Shown here piece by piece: positions 56,617 to 64,000 of a stretch of DNA of 64,000 nt. The stretch's first letter is position 1; every line of letters starts with the position of its first letter. The notes below the pieces were generated by a model. That model saw nothing but the letters and a program-made list of their open reading frames with translations, was not told the DNA's origin and searched no databases. The position numbers were made by a program, and so were the translations under genes. This DNA comes from a virus (taxonomy: Duplodnaviria; Heunggongvirae; Uroviricota; Caudoviricetes): IMG/VR virus record IMGVR_UViG_3300047462_000211. One strand, written 5' to 3'.

Positions 56617-57323
56617 TGCTTCCTCCATTAACTGCTATGAACATACCAAAATTAGGTTTCAAGCCAAATTATGGAACAATTGAGCCGATTGATTATACAA
56701 GAATATTAAAACAAAAAGTTGTGTTTTCTGATAATATTAATGAAAATTATATGAATCAAATCTTTACTTTTGTTGAAAAAATGAATTCAAAAGGTCAGTC
56801 AAATGAACATTATGAAAAAACTCGTTTCACTACAAAAGAAAATGCAGAAAATGACCAATTGATTGGAAAAAAAGGTGAATTTTTTGCATTACATTTTTTA
56901 GAAAGAGAATTTGCATTTCCATTAATATCTATTGATTTAGAAATCAGACAAAAACATCAGAAAGGATGGATGCATGATTTGCCTTATAATTTTCATTATA
57001 ATTTTCTACCTAATTTTCATGTAAAAACATGTAGTAAAAAAACATTAGGAATAACTAAAGGTGTTGAAAGCTGGACATTTCAACAATGGGATAAATCAAT
57101 ATTTAATCAGCGATTAGAATATGATTATGGTGTATTTGTTTATCTTGATGATGCTTTTGCAAAAGAAGCAACTATAATGATTGTTTATCCTATTCATGAA
57201 GTGAAAAAAATATTGAGACAACCAACGTTATCCAAATATCGTGATTCAAAAACCTGTCTTTATTTTGAAGAATTTTCTGAAAAAGAAATTGATAATCGCA
57301 AAGAAATCTACTATATTTCTTAA
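56616..57323 (+). CDS. Hypothetical protein (235 aa), tandem paralog of 55975..56616
   Basis: See the paralog alignment above. Confidence 0.55.
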   Translation: MLPPLTAMNIPKLGFKPNYGTIEPIDYTRILKQKVVFSDNINENYMNQIFTFVEKMNSKGQSNEHYEKTRFTTKENAENDQLIGKKGEFFALHFLEREFAFPLISIDLEIRQKHQKGWMHDLPYNFHYNFLPNFHVKTCSKKTLGITKGVESWTFQQWDKSIFNQRLEYDYGVFVYLDDAFAKEATIMIVYPIHEVKKILRQPTLSKYRDSKTCLYFEEFSEKEIDNRKEIYYIS

Positions 57324-57627
57324 TTATGAAAAAAATTTCCTCACAACAAATTAAAAAAATACAAACCGAAATTCTTTTGAAAGCTATTGAAAAAATTCAG
57401 CCACTTAAGCCAGATTTAATTTCAACAAATACCGCTTGTCAAATAATTAAAAATATGATAAAAGTGTTAAATGAAGATTCAAACAGCATGGTTTATTGAA
57501 ATTCTGAGAAAATTACATCGTTCCAAAAAGAAAGGTGGAATGGATTCTGGCGACCATCGTTTGGATGATAGCTATCGTGCAAAAAGTGAACGTAAACGCC
57601 GTTCTTCTATGAAGAAAGTTTCTGATA

Positions 57628-58302
57628 ATGAAAGAGATTGATTTTATTGTGAAAAAACCCCTCACTATTTTTGAGGGTGCGCTTTCTCGTGTTCCAGTTT
57701 TGTTTGAATATAAAGATTTTCTAAAAAACACATATCTGTCATATGGTAGATATTATCACGGCATTTATCATTTAGCACAAATGGTTCATATGCATCAACA
57801 GTTAAAAGAAATTTTAAATTTAGATTTCTCTTATAATGATGAAATGATTTTGTATAGCGCCATTATGTATCATGACGTTGTTTACGATGCTTTGCGAAAT
57901 GATAACGAATTACAATCTGCAAATTTGTGGATTAAACATAGAAAAAATAGTGGGAAATATCTTGGTAGTGAGGCAGAAACCAAAATAATTGAATCATTTA
58001 TTCAATTAACTGCAAATCATTTTCTTGATAGACCATTTGATGAAAACAATCATTTAGATATATTAAGAGAATGGTTTATTGGTTTGGATTTGGTATCATT
58101 GGCGTTGCCATATCCAATGTTTAAATCAAATAGTTCAGCAATCAGAAATGAATATTCTCATTTAACAGATCAAGAATGGAATTCTGGCAGAGGAAAATTT
58201 TTGGAAAATGTTAATAAAATTCCAAAAATATTTCTTCATCCGGTCATGTATGATTTGTTTGAAACAAAAGCAAGAGACAATATTAAGATTGTGTTGCAGT
58301 AA
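57628..58302 (+). CDS. HD-domain phosphohydrolase candidate (224 aa)
   Basis: YHGIYH ... LYSAIMYHDVVYD (H..H / HD / D arrangement). Confidence 0.45.
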   Translation: MKEIDFIVKKPLTIFEGALSRVPVLFEYKDFLKNTYLSYGRYYHGIYHLAQMVHMHQQLKEILNLDFSYNDEMILYSAIMYHDVVYDALRNDNELQSANLWIKHRKNSGKYLGSEAETKIIESFIQLTANHFLDRPFDENNHLDILREWFIGLDLVSLALPYPMFKSNSSAIRNEYSHLTDQEWNSGRGKFLENVNKIPKIFLHPVMYDLFETKARDNIKIVLQ

Positions 58303-59272
58303 CGCTTACATAAACTTGATTTGCTGTTCCTACCAAAGCATTAACATAAACTGATGTTGATGGGGCAACATTAATAAATGCAGTTGTATAATAGTTTCCA
58401 ACTGTTTGTAATGTTGAAGGAACAATATTCAAAGTTTGTGAATTAGAACCATTGTCGGTATAAAGAACATTGATAGAAATATTTGTTGCTGCTGTAACAA
58501 CTCTATAAAATATTTGAATAAAATAATTTGATATTGTTGCTGGTGTAAAAGTTAAAAGATTAATTGTTGTGGTTAATGTTAACTGTGTATCATGAACAGA
58601 AGTAGTTGCATTAGTCAATTTAGTTATATTTGTATTTGCTGTTGCCTCAAAAGTTTCCAAATTAGTCACTCTTGTTCCCAAATTCAAACCATTTATTGTA
58701 TAAATCTGTCCATCTAATGTTGTTAAAGCATTTAATACCGATGTTGTAGAACCAAGATAATTGCTTGTTGGTGCAGTATATGAGCCTAATGTTGATAACC
58801 CAACAGAGGTTTCAACAGTATTTAAAATTGTTTTGTTGTTATAAATTGCAGTATCTAATTTATTTGTTGAATCGACAACCGAAATTGCAGTGTTTATAAA
58901 ATGTGCTGCTGTATTTTGATTATAAACTCCAGCAGCATTTAATCCAACATTTGTATTTGTTGTATATAACGCGGAATCTAAATTATTGGTTGCTCCAATA
59001 ACAGAAGTTACGGAATTAATATAATGAGAAGAAACGTTTGGAGAATATGTCGAACCAGCAGAAATACCAACGGCTGTTCCCAAAACATCAACATATCCTT
59101 TATTTGACGCATGACCAGATACAGTTGGTGTAGCAACAATTACTGGAGCAATTGTTGTTCCATCGGAAAGATATAATGAAAATTGTGTTCCATTAGAACC
59201 AATCATTAATCCTTGTTTACCAAATTGCACTGTATTTGAAATACCAGCAATACTATAATCAAAAAATGCCAT
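58283..59272 (-). CDS. Fibre-like protein with three tandem ~37-aa repeats (VG(I/L)S..G.Y...(S/T)..(Y/H)(I/L)...(T/S)(S/V)...(T/L)..LD.(A/Q)(L/I)Y)
   Basis: Repeats read directly from the translation. N/S/T-rich. Start either 59272 (MAFFDYS) or 59284. Confidence 0.55.
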   Translation of the reverse strand: MAFFDYSIAGISNTVQFGKQGLMIGSNGTQFSLYLSDGTTIAPVIVATPTVSGHASNKGYVDVLGTAVGISAGSTYSPNVSSHYINSVTSVIGATNNLDSALYTTNTNVGLNAAGVYNQNTAAHFINTAISVVDSTNKLDTAIYNNKTILNTVETSVGLSTLGSYTAPTSNYLGSTTSVLNALTTLDGQIYTINGLNLGTRVTNLETFEATANTNITKLTNATTSVHDTQLTLTTTINLLTFTPATISNYFIQIFYRVVTAATNISINVLYTDNGSNSQTLNIVPSTLQTVGNYYTTAFINVAPSTSVYVNALVGTANQVYVSVTATQS

Positions 59273-59290
59273 AAAAAAATCCAATAATAT

Positions 59291-61186
59291 ATGGAGTTAT
59301 TTACCATAATAAATACTCATATAATATTTAGGTTTTTTAATTTGTCTGGTTCTACATCACCATCCGTAAATGCCGCACGAGCTACAGGAATATATCCAGG
59401 GCAAGGAATTTTCAATGTTTCTAATTCAACAAGCGCTAGGGGTGGTTTGTTAGATGCGAGACAAAGTTTTGTAGGTATAATCAATAATATTTTGTCACAG
59501 ACTCCAGTCGTTTTAGATAGAGCATCTGGTGTAACTACATTAGCACGAAGTCAAACAATTTCTCAAAATTTAATATGGTATAGAATTGATAATTCTTATG
59601 GAATTGAATATCCTTTACCATATCAATATATTAGCGGAAATAATCAATATTATAAAGTTTTCAATTCAACAGAAAGAAATAATTTATTTTTAAATCCAGA
59701 AATTATTTCAGCAATAAAAAATAATATCACAATTAAAGTATTTGTTGATACCACAAATTCAAATTATCCTGCATGGTCTATTTGGCAAATAAACAATTCT
59801 ATTGCAAATGAATATATTAATGCCGCAAACGGAATTAATGTTCAAAGTGTTTTGATGGAACAAGCCGATAAAATATTTTTTATTGCACAAGCATATAACA
59901 CAACATCAGATAATTATTTCGATATGCTTTCTTTATCAAATCTTACCGATAAAGAATATATATATGTTGATGCTGATGAAACCGCCGATGGTTTTTGGTC
60001 AATATATCAATATAACGATATAAATTCTCAAACATATACGACCTTTTCTTTATCAAATACTTTTTCTACATATGCTTCTATGTTAGCAGCAACATCGTTG
60101 ACAAATGGAGAATATTTGTATGTATTAAATGATGAAACTATTGTTCCAAGTTTATATTCAGCAAATACATCTGCTTATTTTTGGTCAATATATCAATATT
60201 TTACCGATACAAATTCTTTTGTTTATGTAACGTCAAAATTTGTTATTTTACAAACACAAGCATATAGAACAACTGATTTTTATAATCAAACTGATTGGTA
60301 TGCTCAAAATATTACTATATCAAATATCGTTAATTCATATTCAGCAAATAATTATCCAATGATAAAATATGTTTCTGAATCTGCTAGAAATTTAGCAGAA
60401 GGACCAAATCCAACAAATATTTTTGTTGAAATAAATGATGGCGTTAATCCATGGTATTGGCAAGCATATGATTCAACATCTGCCTCTTGGATTACAGTAG
60501 CATTGGAAAATGGTACAATAGAATTAAGTTCAGAATTTTATAATCCTTCAAATGTGGTTTTCAATCCAGCACAACCAATCGTTTCAAATGTTGCAATTAG
60601 AGATGGCTCTTGGGAAATTCGTGTTTTAGCAGATATTTTATTTTATGAAAAATTATTAGAAAATATTGAAATAAATGAAACATTTTTTAGTATTTTACAT
60701 TTCATTCATGTTCAACAAACCAATATAGATTGGGCTTTCAAAACAAATTTTATGACCGTTGCTGGTTATCAAATTCCACTTATTCAATCAGGTTTTGAAA
60801 CAACAGATATTTCATCAAGTCTTACATCTTATATCGAAGAAGTAAAACCATATAGAGTAAAAATTAGAAATTTTGAAAATCAATATTCGCCAGATATTGA
60901 CCAAGTAAATGCAGATGTAACAGATTTTGATAAACCTGTTTATTATGACCCAACATTAAAAGCATATAGAAGATTAGACCCAAATAATGCAACAGATTTA
61001 TCGATTATAGAATCACAATTTCCAGATTGGTATAATGAATACGAAACATATTTAAATGCTATTACAAATAATCAAACTCCAATGTTACAATTCTATTTGA
61101 TAGAGTTACAGGATATGAAACAGAATTTAGTGGAGCATTTGGTAAAAATTATGACAAATATGATTCATATGATGGAACTGCATTAG
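59291..61186 (+). CDS. N/S/T-rich fibre-like protein (631 aa). Its authentic frame most likely shifts -1 near 61075-61110 into the downstream open frame
   Basis: Last ~35 aa (..LQDMKQNLVEHLVKIMTNMIHMMELH) look non-proteinaceous, whereas the -1 frame opened at 61072 reads GYETEFSGAFGKNYDKYDSYDGTALDRILKFYEPQTG. Confidence 0.55.
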   Translation: MELFTIINTHIIFRFFNLSGSTSPSVNAARATGIYPGQGIFNVSNSTSARGGLLDARQSFVGIINNILSQTPVVLDRASGVTTLARSQTISQNLIWYRIDNSYGIEYPLPYQYISGNNQYYKVFNSTERNNLFLNPEIISAIKNNITIKVFVDTTNSNYPAWSIWQINNSIANEYINAANGINVQSVLMEQADKIFFIAQAYNTTSDNYFDMLSLSNLTDKEYIYVDADETADGFWSIYQYNDINSQTYTTFSLSNTFSTYASMLAATSLTNGEYLYVLNDETIVPSLYSANTSAYFWSIYQYFTDTNSFVYVTSKFVILQTQAYRTTDFYNQTDWYAQNITISNIVNSYSANNYPMIKYVSESARNLAEGPNPTNIFVEINDGVNPWYWQAYDSTSASWITVALENGTIELSSEFYNPSNVVFNPAQPIVSNVAIRDGSWEIRVLADILFYEKLLENIEINETFFSILHFIHVQQTNIDWAFKTNFMTVAGYQIPLIQSGFETTDISSSLTSYIEEVKPYRVKIRNFENQYSPDIDQVNADVTDFDKPVYYDPTLKAYRRLDPNNATDLSIIESQFPDWYNEYETYLNAITNNQTPMLQFYLIELQDMKQNLVEHLVKIMTNMIHMMELH

Positions 61187-64000
61187 ATAGAATTTTAAAA
61201 TTCTATGAACCGCAAACTGGTATGCCTGAAGCAGACCCAAAAACATTAATGAATTTGAATTTTAAAGGCACAAATACCGATGGTGGATTAATGACACAAT
61301 TCACCACAGCCGCATCAGATTTTGATAATACAGAAACAGGGTTCGATACAGTTGGTTTTGATACACAAGTCAACTCTGGTTTAAATCAAATTGTGGATGG
61401 AGGAACGCTTCCAGGACCATCTACAGAGGCTTATCAACTTAATGCTATCTCAACGTCAGACCCATTAGGATATGGCTTGAGAGACCCTTATGTGTCTTCA
61501 CAACACCCAGAAGAAAGAATACCCGTTATTTGTGATGATGTTTTAAATTTAAAAATAACATCAAACTCACTTCCTGGTGCAGCACCACAAACAACAAAAT
61601 ATTTCGATGTAAGTTCTTATACAGAAAACACAGTAACTTTATTTCATGGCGCATTTGCACCAAATTCAGAATCAATTTTGGTATGGCGTGATGGAATTAG
61701 ATTAACTGTTGACGAATATAACATTGATTTTTTTGGTAGAACAGTAACACCATCATTAATTAATTCAGATACTTCAAAAGCATCTTCAATTGTTGTTAAA
61801 ATATTTGGTATTGGCGGTTCAGATGCAATTATAGAAACAGATTATTTTGCTGGAAATAACACAAATACTTTGAATATCTCAACACCCAATGTGCAACAAC
61901 AACAATTATTGGTTTCAATTAATGGATTTTTATATCCATCAACATCGTTGAGTATTGTCAACGAAACAATCACTTTACCAGTCGTTATTGAACCTTCAGA
62001 TGATGTTGCAGTATATGTTTTTGAAACAAATTCAACAACATATTCAAATTTGGTTAATCAACAAAATCTTATCTACAATTCACAACAAACATGGACACTA
62101 AATTATCCAGATACACAAACAATTCCAGCACATGCAGGAACTATTGTTGAAGTAAACGGATTAAGATTATTACCACCATTAACATATTATGGAACATTTG
62201 ATATTTTAATTAAATATTTGAATTTTGATGTTTCTATTCAATCAGGAACTACTATTCAAGTTTTCGTCAATCAAGTATTTTATCCATATCAAATTCCAAC
62301 GGTTACCGCTGGTTCAAGCAACCTTCCTTTTGGTGTTGTCGTTCCAAACGGTCAAATGCCAAATAACAGCAATGGCATGTTTGCTATATATGGACAACAA
62401 TTGATTTCATTAGACCCTAATTTTACAGCAAATGAAGTATGTTTAGTTATTCATCAAGATAATGATTTTGAAATATCTGATGGAACATTAACCATTTCAA
62501 AATCATTACAATCAACTGATAATATTTTTGTTACTACATTTTCCAACGCTTCTATTATGGGAATCAAAACACATACTTACTTGGCTGATTCATCTGGTGA
62601 ATATTTAATGTATTCACCATTTGGCAATGATTATACTTGGGCAACAATTGATGGAAAAATACTTGTTGGTGGAAAAGATTATTCATTTACAAAAGTAGTG
62701 AATTCTTACCCCATAACTGGTTTTGGACCCGCTGGAGAAAATATCAATTTAATCACAAGCAACAAAAGTAATTTAACTTTTGCAAAAAGTTTAAATTTAA
62801 TTTCTAATGAATGGCTTGTTGTTACTGTATTTACAGTAGAACCATTGAGAGAAAAAATTTCTTGGATTGCAACAACAAACACACCAGCAGCACAAAGAAT
62901 GGTTCCAGTTCCAGATAGAGGTGGTTTTGGTTTGATGCCTTTTGGTATTGTCGGTTTTGATGAAAAAGTTGATTGGCAATTAACAATTTCAAATTATGAA
63001 ATATCTTACGATGTTTTTGATAGTCCAGTTTCTACTCCAGTTTATAAAATGAATAATTCTTGGGAATATTTGAGAGCCGATAATCTTTACAGCGGAATAT
63101 TACTTAATCAATTAAATCTAAACGATACAGAAATTACTATTTCTTTGTATGATGCAAATGTATCGCCAAAACTTGCACCAACAAATCCATTTTATGTTCC
63201 AGAAATTCCACCATATTCATTTGTACAAAATTTTACATTTGATGGTAATACAATTGTATACACAGTTAATCAAGTTGGTGATTTTATTTCTGTTATAATT
63301 TCTGGAAACGAAATAAATTCATCTCTTTATATAGTAGAAAAAACATTCACTTCTACAACGATTATTTTAACAGAAATTATTCCATCATTAGGGGATGAAA
63401 TTACAATTACTATATCAAAACCAAAAATATCTCAAATTCCAGGTGTTGTGTTTATTCATGGTGAACGAATTGAATATTGGGATATCGAAACAAATGGTTC
63501 AACTGTTGTTCTAAGCAACATCAGAAGAGCAACAAGAGGAACATCTTCTTGTAGTGAACAAAGATATGTATCTTCATTTATGGCAAATACTGTTGGACCA
63601 TATGTTTTTGATTATGTTGGTAATTTAGATATCTACAAATCAACATCAACTACAACTGATTTTGTTGGTGATGGATTAACAGAAACATTTAACGTTTATA
63701 ATACAATATCTGAATCTCTTTCTGGATTATCAGTGACAGTAAACGGAACATTGGTATCAAATTATGTAGTTGCAAATAATGTAGATAATATATCAATTAC
63801 TTTCAATTCTGCACCGGCATTAAATGCAAATATTGTTGTAACAACAAATTATAATATTTGGTTAATTGAAAATATAGATTTTACTCAAACAATTTCAAGC
63901 AATTCCACATCAATAACATTTAATTCTGTTTCAGATTGTGAAATTGTTATTGGTTTTGCATTAGGAAATTATGTTCCAGTAGGAACCATTGTAAGAAATG
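61072..64000 (+). CDS. Long open frame (at least 975 codons, runs off the window end) encoding an N/S/T-rich fibre-like protein. No in-context ATG at its start, so a probable continuation of 59291..61186 via frameshift
   Basis: Manually translated frame (61072 mod 3 = 1) is open to the window end and has tail-fibre-like composition. The only listed ORF in the region (62797..62979 -) is spurious. Confidence 0.6.

Noticed and set aside
62797-62979. Minus-strand ORF 62797..62979
   Set aside because: It lies inside the long open plus-strand fibre frame.
1-64000. Giant-virus (mimivirus-like) origin, suggested by AT-richness, N-rich proteins and hairpins
   Set aside because: Shine-Dalgarno-driven starts, rho-independent terminators with T-runs, sigma70-type promoters, Phage_fiber_2 tail-fibre repeats, a Tfa-like chaperone and IS605 TnpB all point to a bacteriophage or prophage.
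1-64000. Alternative genetic code (TGA or TAG reassignment)
   Set aside because: Conserved enzymes (ligase, MTases, rSAM, phosphatase) read through cleanly with the standard code and end at sensible stops.

Overview
Very AT-rich (about 70% AT), densely coding DNA that looks like part of a large tailed bacteriophage or prophage of a low-GC bacterium. Gene starts carry strong AGGAGG-type Shine-Dalgarno sites, there are several TTGACA-N13-TGnTA(A/T) sigma70-like promoters, and classical rho-independent terminators. The standard genetic code reads cleanly. Main content: (1) at 30-11139 a block of four giant minus-strand genes (602-1104 aa) encoding N/S/T-rich fibre-like proteins with repeated beta-sandwich modules; two of them share an identical 43-nt start region containing TATAAATA; (2) an early/accessory region with a J-domain protein, a macro-domain protein, and a secreted-protein + repeat-TM + SPFH membrane cassette bracketed by terminators; (3) a truncated IS200/IS605-type TnpB (RuvC + Zn ribbon) flanked by two near-identical GC-rich hairpins; (4) a PPP-family (lambda-like) Ser/Thr phosphatase, a GNAT-like protein, and a minus-strand island of small genes that includes an HGT-motif ART-like protein, a DprA/LOG (SLOG)-like Rossmann protein, a WGR-domain protein and a minimal Pol-beta nucleotidyltransferase; (5) a radical SAM/SPASM enzyme next to members of a small two-Cys paralog family; (6) a TPR-GT9 glycosyltransferase; (7) a D12 Dam-like MTase overlapping a PD-(D/E)XK nuclease (candidate phage-borne type II RM), plus two more MTases, one of them frameshifted; (8) an ATP-dependent DNA ligase followed by a strong terminator and a 66-bp periodic repeat-spacer-like structure (36-nt repeats, exactly 30-nt variable segments) that resembles an orphan mini-CRISPR array; (9) a receptor-binding cassette of three tandem tail-fibre genes (Phage_fiber_2 repeats, shared N- and C-terminal modules, variable centres) plus a tail-fibre assembly chaperone, with a fourth fibre paralog at 35014; (10) a long fibre-like ORF that is frameshifted at about 61.1 kb and runs off the window end. 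No rRNA or tRNA genes were recognised. All functional calls come from motif reading by eye; nothing was searched against databases.
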